Positions 28,604-37,400 of a stretch of DNA of 64,000 nucleotides are shown one piece after another; position 1 is the stretch's first letter, and each line of letters opens with the position of its first letter. Both the position numbers and the translations under genes were made by a program. Under the pieces are notes generated by a model. The model was not told the DNA's origin and made no database searches. It saw nothing but the letters and a program-made list of their open reading frames with translations. Location of the stretch: contig CAXXVK010000060.1 of assembly GCA_963676915.2 (NCBI GenBank), forward strand, positions 32,001-96,000. Direction: 5' to 3'. Origin of the DNA: Myxococcota bacterium (GTDB taxonomy: Bacteria; Myxococcota_A; SURF-8; G963663525).

Positions 28604-30106
28604 TCAACGGGTTGCGGTCAAGGGTTTGTTCGTATCGGATTCGCCTTTGCCGTCCTCCGACACAGCCTCTTCCTCGGTTTCGGGTGTCAAAGGCACGGTT
28701 TGCTGGTAGGTCCGATACAACGTGAGAATCCCGTTTACATAGTTGACCGTCTGCCGTCCATCGCAATAACCGCTTCGATATTGTCGGTAATAGTGCCAGC
28801 TCATCAAGTGCAATAAAGCTTGTTCGACGTTATTTTCCCAGATCATCGGGTTGAGTTTGTAATCCAGGCAGAGCACACGAGCGTCCCGAACGTGCCCCGC
28901 TCCGGCGTTGAAAGCCGCCAGGGCAAACTTGATGCGTTCTTCCTCCCCGAGATGGAGAAATTGCGAACGCAGCCGCGATAAAAACCGCACCCCACAGTGA
29001 ATGTTCGCTTCATTGGATGCAAAACAGTTCATTTTCAGGTCTTTGGCGGCAATCGGCATGATTTGCATAATGCCTTTGGCTCCCGCCCAGCTTTTCGAGG
29101 ACGGATCGAAGCGCGATTCGTGCCAGGCCAGCGCGGCAATCAGTCGCCAATCGAAATCGTAGCGTTCGGCGTATTTTCGAAACAGATCATCCCAGCGACT
29201 AAGCCGTCCCGAGGAAAGCGTGAACTGGTTGTGGGAACGTTGCCGGGTCAGACGTCCCCGGTCGGCATAGTAGCGTCGCTCGATAATCGCATACCATTTT
29301 CGTCTCAAGATGCGAGTCAGAAACGCATCCAGCGCTTTTTTCAATTCGGGGGCGTTTTGCCGAAGCGCAAACGCGGTTCCCTTCGTTTCGCCAATGGCCG
29401 GACCGACGCGCAGCCCTTGGGTTGAGGCGGTTTCCAACTCGGCTACGGAGCGATCCGCCACCGTAACGTTGATCTCCCCCGAAGCGACCTGCTGCAAAAC
29501 TTCCGCTTCTTCCAGTGTTTCCGGCAACAACGTAAGATCCGCCTTTTTCCCGAAACGAATTTCGAGCTGGCGAATAGCATCGAGCGCCGGGCTATGGTCT
29601 CGAACGTGGATTTCGTGTGTAAAAAGCTCTTCCGGTCGTTCGATTTTCTCGACTTCCTCTGAAAAAACGGCAACTTGAGTGGTCTCCCGATAGGGAATGG
29701 AAAAGTCCGCCACGGCTTCACGAGCCAACGAGGGTGTGATCCCCGCCCCGATGACATCGACTTGTCCCGAATCGAGCAACTCGACCATAGCCTCCCACGA
29801 ATTCGAGGGAACGACTTCGATCAGAAGGCCGTTTTTCTTGGCGAACTTCTGCAGGATATCGAACTCGAACCCCATCTGCGAACCCTTGAACAAAAAGTAG
29901 TTGGTTTCGTTGTTGCGGGTCGCCAGACGCAGCACGCCATCCTGTCGAATCTGTTCCAGGTCACGCAATACCACCTTGCGGACGTGCAGGGGCAACCCCT
30001 TCGCCTTGTCGGGTGTGGAACGGTCCGCTTCGCAGGACCAGAGCAGAATCGCGAGACTTCCGAAGAGAATCACGTTCCGGCAAATGTGCAACAACATCAC
30101 TGTCAT
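28604..30106 (-). CDS. mltF: Membrane-bound lytic transglycosylase F-like (SBP domain + SLT domain)
   Basis: Lipobox-like LWSC; RDLEQIRQDGVLR, GFEFD; DWRLIAALAWHESRFDP, GAKGIMQIMP, AFNAGAGHV. Confidence 0.88.
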   Translation of the reverse strand: MTVMLLHICRNVILFGSLAILLWSCEADRSTPDKAKGLPLHVRKVVLRDLEQIRQDGVLRLATRNNETNYFLFKGSQMGFEFDILQKFAKKNGLLIEVVPSNSWEAMVELLDSGQVDVIGAGITPSLAREAVADFSIPYRETTQVAVFSEEVEKIERPEELFTHEIHVRDHSPALDAIRQLEIRFGKKADLTLLPETLEEAEVLQQVASGEINVTVADRSVAELETASTQGLRVGPAIGETKGTAFALRQNAPELKKALDAFLTRILRRKWYAIIERRYYADRGRLTRQRSHNQFTLSSGRLSRWDDLFRKYAERYDFDWRLIAALAWHESRFDPSSKSWAGAKGIMQIMPIAAKDLKMNCFASNEANIHCGVRFLSRLRSQFLHLGEEERIKFALAAFNAGAGHVRDARVLCLDYKLNPMIWENNVEQALLHLMSWHYYRQYRSGYCDGRQTVNYVNGILTLYRTYQQTVPLTPETEEEAVSEDGKGESDTNKPLTATR

Positions 30107-30410
30107 GGTATCCGGTGGGTTCGTTCGATTCCCTGGATTATCAGGGTAAAACCGGATTTCGTCAAGTCGGGCCGGGAAACGAGAAGCGTCATGCACGTAA
30201 ATGCATAAGTGAAAATGGAAATTGTCGGTACCGGGCGTCAGTCCGAATTGTTCATGGGTATTCGTTGCGAGACGCAGAAAACCGAAGAACTTTCATGAAG
30301 TTGTCTGAACGTGGACAGGAGGAATTTTCAGGATGACTTCTACTGGAGGAAAATTCCAGTCAGACTGTCCAACCGGCATTCCCCTAGGTTTTTTCCAACA
30401 AGTCCGTGGC

Positions 30411-30887
30411 CTATTTTTTCAATGGGTCAGGGGGGCGGAATTCGGACAACCGGTCGATGGTCCAGAATTTCCGGCTTCGAAGGTGACTTTTGGTTTTGCC
30501 CGTAATTTCGACGGATAGCGCGGCAATGGATGGAAAAACGTTGCCGTTATAGACGATTTTTCCGCTGTCATTGACTCGCGCCCGGTACTGTTTGCCTTTG
30601 TATTTCGTGCAAATCGTACATCCCGGTTCGAGATCCCGCTTGCGTCGTTCGGGTAAAAAACCTTTTTCGGCGAAAACATCGCTCAAATCGTAGCCTTTTT
30701 TATTCAAAACATCGAAAGTTTCGTTGAGCACGTCGAACAGACGATCTTCGAGCTCGATGAGGTGTTTCAATTCCTCCCGAAGATGCTCATCCCGATCGAG
30801 TTTTTTCATGTTCCGCTTGCGCTCTTGGGCGATGATTTCCTGACGTTGCCGCAATTCGTAGAACAAATCTTTGATCGATGGTGCCAT
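30411..30887 (-). CDS. Small basic protein: N-terminal coiled coil + RAMA/DUF2924-like DNA-binding domain
   Basis: C-terminal LEPG...KYKGKQYRARV..GKIVYNGNVFPSIAALSVEITG...FW pattern; heptad-rich N-terminus. Confidence 0.6.
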   Translation of the reverse strand: MAPSIKDLFYELRQRQEIIAQERKRNMKKLDRDEHLREELKHLIELEDRLFDVLNETFDVLNKKGYDLSDVFAEKGFLPERRKRDLEPGCTICTKYKGKQYRARVNDSGKIVYNGNVFPSIAALSVEITGKTKSHLRSRKFWTIDRLSEFRPPDPLKK

Positions 30888-31231
30888 GGGTCGTATTTTT
30901 CGGGTAAACGGTTTCGTAACTCCTTGATCGATAAAGATGATCCCCGCTTTCCAGCACGCATATCCGCATGAAAAGCAAAGGAATCGACGTAATCATCACT
31001 TTAACCTGTTAATCAATATACGCTTAATAGGTTCAAAAGTCAACAGGATACAACAAAAAGAGTCGATTCAATGGAAATTCAGGTGGCCTTGTGCCCGGAA
31101 TTTCTTGTTTTTTTCAAGAAAATCAATCGGGAGACTGAAGAAAAACTTAAGAAATTACGACGATAACGAAGATTATCGTAAAGCCTGTGCGGATATCATG
31201 TTTCTTGCAGGGCTTGCCGCTTAAGAAACCG

Positions 31232-33040
31232 TTATTCCAAAAACAGCACACGACTGAGGCTGATAGCGTCTTTGCGTTCGAGAGAGAGTATCCCGGCTGC
31301 CAGACCGCCATAGGTTTCGGCGCATAACTGCGCCCATTGGTCGGCCCGTTCTCGGGTGACTTCTCCTGCTTCGTCGAGGTGGCTTTGCATCCATTCACGA
31401 AGCGTTTCGGTGAAATCCGAGCTGGGACGAAATCCGCCGGAGGGGTGCTTTACCAGAGTAAGATCGAGAAAATCCCTGAAATTCTCATGAGATAGCAACA
31501 CCGCTTCTTTGTCCGCTCCAAGCTTGTGCCGAGCAAAAGCCGTCAACGTGACCTTGATCAGCAACAGCGGCGAGTCGTCTTCGGAAACGAAACCGTAGGT
31601 TCGTCGGGCGAGGGCGGCTTTGTCCAGTTTCATTCGCTCGAACAACAGCCGGAACACGAAATCCAGTCGCTCGATAGACGCCATGGCTTTACGATATTCG
31701 TCGAGACTGCTCAACTCGTGCGGTTCGGGACGATCCTCGATGAAATCCGCCGGAAGCATCGGAGGCTGGCCGTTCAGCCCCAATAAAAGCTCGCGGGCCG
31801 GACGTGGCAGCAGCGCCAGTGAGTTGGGATCGCGGTTCGGGGCATGGCGTTCGATAAAATTTTTGGCGACCCGGTTGAGTCGGGCACTCAAAGCATAGCC
31901 GCAACGGAACACCGAAACCAGCGGAAGGCTTTGCAAATAATCCATCGCCAGAGAGGAATCCGAGTCCGAAAGAAACTGCAATCCCGTCGCCAGGTGATTC
32001 CGTACCAGCTCCATCACCTCGGCCAACTCTTCGAGATCCCCCAGCGCCTTGCGAGCCACCGCCGCTCGGTTGGCAAGGAACACAAGCTCGTTTCGAATGC
32101 GCTCGCGGGTGTCTTCATCGTCCAGGTCTTCCAAAAGATCCGTAAAGAAATGACCCGGTTCGTCGATGGTTTTCCAATAGGTCGGCAAGGGTTTGTCCAA
32201 CCGGGGAAACCCCGACTTGTCCATCCGTTGCCGCTCCAATCCTGCCTTGAATGCATCGGCATCGAAAGGCGAGAACAGCGCCAGCGATTCGAGATAATCC
32301 GGGTAGCCCGCATCGGCCAGTCGTCGGCAGTGCTCGCGATAGGCGTGCTCTTCCAGAACGGTGGGTTGTTCCCAGATCAACCATTCCATCGCCTGCATAT
32401 ATAACTCGTAATTCTGAATGTAGAGTTGCAGCAGAAAAACGGTCATCCGGTCGAGGTCGGTGTTTTCCGGGTCGAGAAAGCGGAACTGAAAATGGCTGTC
32501 CAAAGTGAACAGGTCGGCGGGAATGGTGGCCGGGTCGTCGGACCACTCGTAGCGGCGGACCTCGATCATTCCCGAAAGAAACGCCACGACATACGACAAA
32601 TCCATCTGACGGAGTTTTTCGGCGGCCTGCTCCATGTCGGTCTGGATCATCCAGCCGAACCAATCCAGTTGTTTTTTCACGAGAAATCGGTCTTTTTTCC
32701 AGCAGTCCATATCGAACAGGCGCACAGTCTGCTCGGGGGTGGATTGCAGCACAAGGTCCATGGCGTCGGTTCGTCCCACGGCTTCGATGGTGAAATACAG
32801 GTCTTCCGGCAGCATCTCGCGCAGCAGTTCTCCGGCATCCGGCGCTACTTGCAAAAGCTGGTATTTCTGACGGTAATCGAGGCGGTCCAGCAGGTTACGG
32901 CGCTCGTCGTGGGTCATGGCGGCCAGTTGATTTTCGTCAACCGAGAGGTTGGCATAGGTCAACGCGCCGGAAGCCTTCCGCGAGCGGAGATCGTTGGAGT
33001 TTCGAGAGGAAGTCGAGGAGTTTTCAGGATGTTTCGTCAT
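31232..33040 (-). CDS. DUF6178-like conserved hypothetical protein
   Basis: 602-aa ORF; FDMDCWKKDRF and LEEHAYR...RRLADAGYPDY motifs, recalled as typical of this deltaproteobacterial family. Confidence 0.7.
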   Translation of the reverse strand: MTKHPENSSTSSRNSNDLRSRKASGALTYANLSVDENQLAAMTHDERRNLLDRLDYRQKYQLLQVAPDAGELLREMLPEDLYFTIEAVGRTDAMDLVLQSTPEQTVRLFDMDCWKKDRFLVKKQLDWFGWMIQTDMEQAAEKLRQMDLSYVVAFLSGMIEVRRYEWSDDPATIPADLFTLDSHFQFRFLDPENTDLDRMTVFLLQLYIQNYELYMQAMEWLIWEQPTVLEEHAYREHCRRLADAGYPDYLESLALFSPFDADAFKAGLERQRMDKSGFPRLDKPLPTYWKTIDEPGHFFTDLLEDLDDEDTRERIRNELVFLANRAAVARKALGDLEELAEVMELVRNHLATGLQFLSDSDSSLAMDYLQSLPLVSVFRCGYALSARLNRVAKNFIERHAPNRDPNSLALLPRPARELLLGLNGQPPMLPADFIEDRPEPHELSSLDEYRKAMASIERLDFVFRLLFERMKLDKAALARRTYGFVSEDDSPLLLIKVTLTAFARHKLGADKEAVLLSHENFRDFLDLTLVKHPSGGFRPSSDFTETLREWMQSHLDEAGEVTRERADQWAQLCAETYGGLAAGILSLERKDAISLSRVLFLE

Positions 33041-33103
33041 GGTTTTTCGTGAAAAATCTTATTTCATCAATGTGTTAGAAAATACAGTCAGGAAGCGTCG
33101 GTC

Positions 33104-33778
33104 TCAGCGTTTCAGACCCAACAGCAATCCGTCGGGGGTAGGCAAGCAGACCGATTCGCTTTCAGCCGCGAGCATTTCGTGAGCGCGCTGCATGGTGGCG
33201 ATGGCGTCCCGATCCCAGGAGTCATCCGCCTGTTTTCCTTTCAAGTACCCGAAAAGATAGGCATTATCGGCGATGATCAACCCGCCGCTTCGTAGGTGAT
33301 CCAATCCCCAGCGCACGTATTTGTCATAGTTTTCCTTGTCGCCGTCGATGAACATCAGGTCGAAGGGACCATGCTTTTCTAGGCTGGGTAACGTCTCCTG
33401 TGCCGAACCTTCCAAAAGCGTCACCTGCTTGTCCCTCCCGGCGTTTCGAAACACTTTTCGGGCGATTTCAGCGTGCTTGGGATCGTGTTCGAGGGTCCAG
33501 AGTCGTCCTTCGGGCGGCATGCCTTCCAACAACCATAAGGCGGAATATCCCGACAACGTGCCCAATTCGACAACGTTTTCGGCTCGCACCATACGAGCGA
33601 GCACCGACAGGATTTTGCCTTCCGTGCGGGAAATCTGGATCGGCGGCAACCCCTCGTTTTCGATATCGTCGAGCGCTGCCTGCATCGCCGGAGTGTGCGG
33701 ACTATGCAGCGCTTCGAGATATTTTGCGATTTCGGGATTGGAGTAATCCAAACCGCTACGGGAATCGGTATCGGCCAT
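33104..33778 (-). CDS. SAM-dependent O-methyltransferase (caffeoyl-CoA OMT-like)
   Basis: VELGTLSGYSAL, FDLMFIDGDK, GGLIIADN. Confidence 0.9.
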   Translation of the reverse strand: MADTDSRSGLDYSNPEIAKYLEALHSPHTPAMQAALDDIENEGLPPIQISRTEGKILSVLARMVRAENVVELGTLSGYSALWLLEGMPPEGRLWTLEHDPKHAEIARKVFRNAGRDKQVTLLEGSAQETLPSLEKHGPFDLMFIDGDKENYDKYVRWGLDHLRSGGLIIADNAYLFGYLKGKQADDSWDRDAIATMQRAHEMLAAESESVCLPTPDGLLLGLKR

Positions 33779-33783
33779 GGAAA

Positions 33784-34224
33784 TCAGTCCATCAGTTTCT
33801 TATGCTCGATCTTGATACATTTGGATTGCACCACCTGCAACCCGGCATCTCGGGCTTTCTGGGCGGCGGCGTTCGAAGCCAGTCCCAATTGCATCCAGAC
33901 GGCTTTCGCTCCGATGCCGATGGCCTCGTCCACGAGTCCCGGAATGAATTCCACTTTTCGGAAAATATCCACGATATCGATAGGTTGCGGAATCGACTTC
34001 AGGTCGGGATAGCTTTTTTGTCCCAACACTTCATCGAGAACCGGATTGACCGGGATCACCGTATATCCGTGTTGCAACAGGTAGTCGGCTACTTTGTAGC
34101 TGTCACGTTCCGGCTTGTTGGAAAGTCCCACCACGGCGATGGTTTTCGCGCTTTCGAGCAATCCCCGCACCTCTTCGTCCAAAGGATTCGAATCGGGAAA
34201 TTCACAGGTCATGTTGTCGCTCAT
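33784..34224 (-). CDS. CoA-binding protein (YccU-like)
   Basis: IAVVGLSNKPERDS, IPVNP, DIVDIFR, VWMQLG. Confidence 0.92.
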   Translation of the reverse strand: MSDNMTCEFPDSNPLDEEVRGLLESAKTIAVVGLSNKPERDSYKVADYLLQHGYTVIPVNPVLDEVLGQKSYPDLKSIPQPIDIVDIFRKVEFIPGLVDEAIGIGAKAVWMQLGLASNAAAQKARDAGLQVVQSKCIKIEHKKLMD

Positions 34225-34407
34225 CGCGTCCTCCCTTCGGGGTCATCCGGTTTCGTGCACGGTCTTTTTCACGAAAATAAACTAAGCATCGATTTCGTAC
34301 ATTCAAACCGAAAAATCGATTCGCTCGGAGGATTCACCGAAACCACTGCAACTTGAGAAATAATGTATTTATTTCAATCCGTTAACTTGGGTTGTTTCTT
34401 TGTTGGG

Positions 34408-36726
34408 TTAGAATCTCGATGGATAGGCGTCGTTTCTCCGGCGCAACCAACACCCCCCTATAATCAGGGCAAGAAACAGCCAGAGCGTCGCCGGCGGTAC
34501 GTGGGTTTGCCGACAAACGGAGCTTTCTACATCTCCTGCTAAATTGTTGCCGCTTAGGCCATCGGACACACATCGCCCATTCACGCATTGGTCAGCACTA
34601 CACGTTTCGTCTTCAACCCAAGATAGCCGATCGGGACCGCATTCTTCGACAACATCGCCTACGCATCGTCTTTCGCCAAACTTACATAGGTATTCGATAC
34701 AGCCTTTTTCGATATCGCAGACTGAAACACTATCGAAACATCCATCCAAGACTCGCCAAAATCCATCCCGGCATTCTTTGTGTAACATCACTCCTGAACC
34801 AGCCACGCATGTGGTGGTGCCTTCCTCTCTCGATTTACAGGGATATTTGCAATAACCGTTTTCACAGGCTTCTAAACCGCATTCCTCGTAAACCGTCATT
34901 CGCTCGTAAGAGGAATTGCTACATCTTAGCGATAAATTGAAGTTTTCTCCTTCGAAACAACCCATCTCTCCCAGGTGTTTCTCTCCGCAGGCCGGGAACT
35001 CAGCGCATTCACCGTTATCACAAATGGAATCCCAAGGGCATTCGTCTTCAAGGCTATGCCTCCATGCACCATCCACGCAACGATCCCGATTTCTCATGAT
35101 TTTAGTCTCATCTCCAGGTAAGCATCGTGTGGAATTTTCCGGTTCGCAGGCTTCGAAACACTCTGCATCCCGGCAGACATACCTATACCCGCAAACAGAG
35201 TGTTGCCATTCGTTGTTTTGGCAATAGGCTTTTGTACGGTTTCCTGAACAAAAGGGGGCATCGCTTGAAACACAATCCACGCATTTTTCGTTTTCACAAC
35301 GGTGATCGCAGATTTCGTGCAAGGCCCACGATTTATTCTTGCAAAGCAAAATTGCCCTATGACTGGAGCAATGCTTTGCGTAACTGTTACAAGCACATTG
35401 CCAGTAACGACAATGTTCGTCGTAGTAGGCAGAACAACGTCCCGCGAAACTCGATGTTGATCCAGTGCACATCGTAACCACGCTATCATAACAGGAAATT
35501 GTACCGATTTCACAATTCCAGTCGTCGTCGATTCGTGATGAACAGGTTCCATAGGAAAGCATCAAACCATCGAAATACGGGAAAGATTCCCCCCAAAAAT
35601 CAGGTGTTTCTAGCGTTTCCAACTCTACGTCATCCGTCATTTTCTCGGCTGAAATCGTGCTTAAAAAACGCCCTAGAAAATACCTTTCTTCGAATAGCTT
35701 CAACATTTCCGAAGAAGGGGATTCGAAATACATCGTGCATATACTTGAAAGAGAATCACTGGATGAGTAATAGCAACTGTCATGTACACGATCAAGCCAT
35801 AAACCATTATTGGACTCTCGAGAATATCTAAAAACGCCATGTAACCCTGCTAGAAATTCCGCCACGAAAACTGCCGGAGCCTGCGTATCCCACAAGCGAT
35901 TCAACCAGGAGACGTATTCCGCATTCGTGCATGGTGCCTGATAAGGAATGGTCCAGCGGTACGAGCCGCCTTTTCGTGGAATCAGTTTTCCGTAGTACGA
36001 TGCGGTAAACAGCAGCACTTTGACCGGTTTTTTAGCGGACAAGGCCGTAAACGACATCGGAAAAACCGTTGGCGCGTCGGCGGGAAACTCGAATACGACG
36101 ACGGGCAGACCTTCGGGTTCGCTCAACACCCGGCTGGCGGTCCGCATTTTGGAGGCGAAAAAGACAAAACCCTTTTCAAGATAGTCGTTCAGCACTTCCT
36201 CAGAGCTTTCCGGCAGATCGAAGCCGTTTTCGGTCAGCCATTCGGCCAGGGCTTGACTCGTTTCCGCCGTGATGACCTGATAGTCCAACAACCCGACCGA
36301 TCCATCCAGAATTACTGAAACATTGCTGGGATCGCCATCGACCGACGAACCTCCAGCGGCAGCCTCGTCGGAGCTGTAATGTGTGGTGATTGTAGCGATC
36401 CATGGCGTGGTGAGGGTCACGAGCTCGTCCAGAAACCCCGGATCACCTTCGACGATGGCTACAGGTTCCACCGGAAGAGGCAGAACCCAGGCAAAATCCT
36501 GGGCCGGTCCGTTATAGCTCGACTGCACCCACATCTCCACGGCTTCGGGCTTTTGCCAAATCAACGCCCGTTGCGCCCCCATACCGCCGGAAACGGCCTG
36601 CGTTCCATCGACGGAATAGTAGAATCCGCCGTCGGCCAGAGCTTGAGACGAAATCCCCGACAAAAGGAGAAAAACGAGGAAGGTAAAGAACTTACCGATG
36701 CAGCACCAAGGCCGATTCGATTGCAT
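34408..36726 (-). CDS. DUF2330-like exported protein with Cys-rich repeats and MYXO-CTERM-like C-terminal anchor
   Basis: Signal peptide, ADGGF, QRALIW, DFAWVLPLP, WLTENGF; Cys repeats; VCRQT + TM helix + RRR. Confidence 0.78.
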   Translation of the reverse strand: MQSNRPWCCIGKFFTFLVFLLLSGISSQALADGGFYYSVDGTQAVSGGMGAQRALIWQKPEAVEMWVQSSYNGPAQDFAWVLPLPVEPVAIVEGDPGFLDELVTLTTPWIATITTHYSSDEAAAGGSSVDGDPSNVSVILDGSVGLLDYQVITAETSQALAEWLTENGFDLPESSEEVLNDYLEKGFVFFASKMRTASRVLSEPEGLPVVVFEFPADAPTVFPMSFTALSAKKPVKVLLFTASYYGKLIPRKGGSYRWTIPYQAPCTNAEYVSWLNRLWDTQAPAVFVAEFLAGLHGVFRYSRESNNGLWLDRVHDSCYYSSSDSLSSICTMYFESPSSEMLKLFEERYFLGRFLSTISAEKMTDDVELETLETPDFWGESFPYFDGLMLSYGTCSSRIDDDWNCEIGTISCYDSVVTMCTGSTSSFAGRCSAYYDEHCRYWQCACNSYAKHCSSHRAILLCKNKSWALHEICDHRCENEKCVDCVSSDAPFCSGNRTKAYCQNNEWQHSVCGYRYVCRDAECFEACEPENSTRCLPGDETKIMRNRDRCVDGAWRHSLEDECPWDSICDNGECAEFPACGEKHLGEMGCFEGENFNLSLRCSNSSYERMTVYEECGLEACENGYCKYPCKSREEGTTTCVAGSGVMLHKECRDGFWRVLDGCFDSVSVCDIEKGCIEYLCKFGERRCVGDVVEECGPDRLSWVEDETCSADQCVNGRCVSDGLSGNNLAGDVESSVCRQTHVPPATLWLFLALIIGGCWLRRRNDAYPSRF

Positions 36727-36965
36727 GGCAATTTCTCCCAGGAAAAAGAGAACAATTCCGAGTATAAAAGTATGACGTATTGCATTCCTTTATATCATGT
36801 TACCATGAGAAATAAAATCATTGGGGTACACGTATGAAATTGTATGGAAGAAAAGTCGCCATATTATCAGGGAAACGTGGTTTGGGGTTTATTCCGGGTG
36901 ATTTTTCCCAGACCGGATGATTCTTCATGAAGTATGCAGGCTAGTCATGGTGAAGACGAGGGAAG

Positions 36966-37167
36966 GGGTGCATCACAAAATGGTGCGAATTGGCCCAATA
37001 ATATTGAAGGATTCATTCATTTGGTTGTAGCGGCGAGGCGTAAGCCCGCCGAAAAGGGAGATTAGGGGCGTAAAAGCAACTTTCAAAAAGCAAAAACGGC
37101 GGGCTTACGCCTCGCCGCTACGAAAAAAGAGGATTTTACGAAAGTCGCACTATTTTGTGATGCACCC
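36966..37167. mobile_element. 202-bp MITE, copy 2 (opposite orientation), with perfect 9-bp TSD
   Basis: 26-bp TIR with 2 mismatches; CGAGGGAAG at 36957-36965 and 37168-37176; internal REP doublet. Confidence 0.92.
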
Positions 37168-37194
37168 CGAGGGAAGTCCTATGAATAATAGACG

Positions 37195-37223
37195 TTGTCT
37201 TGAAGCGGATCTGGTGCTAGAAT
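37195..37223 (+). promoter_or_regulatory. Putative sigma70 promoter (extended -10) for the S41 protease
   Basis: TTGTCT-17 nt-TAGAAT with TG at -15/-14. Confidence 0.55.
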
Positions 37224-37400
37224 GAAAAATCCGGTTGTGTTATCGACCTTGGCGACTACCCTTGTTACCGGTGAAAAAGCGAAGGGAAGATAGAGAATTG
37301 TCAAGGTTTTCGAGGGGATATACGTTTTCGCGACAAGATCGAACGGGAACGGGAAAGACCTATACGATCTGAAATACTGCGAAAGAGAGACGAAGCGACG

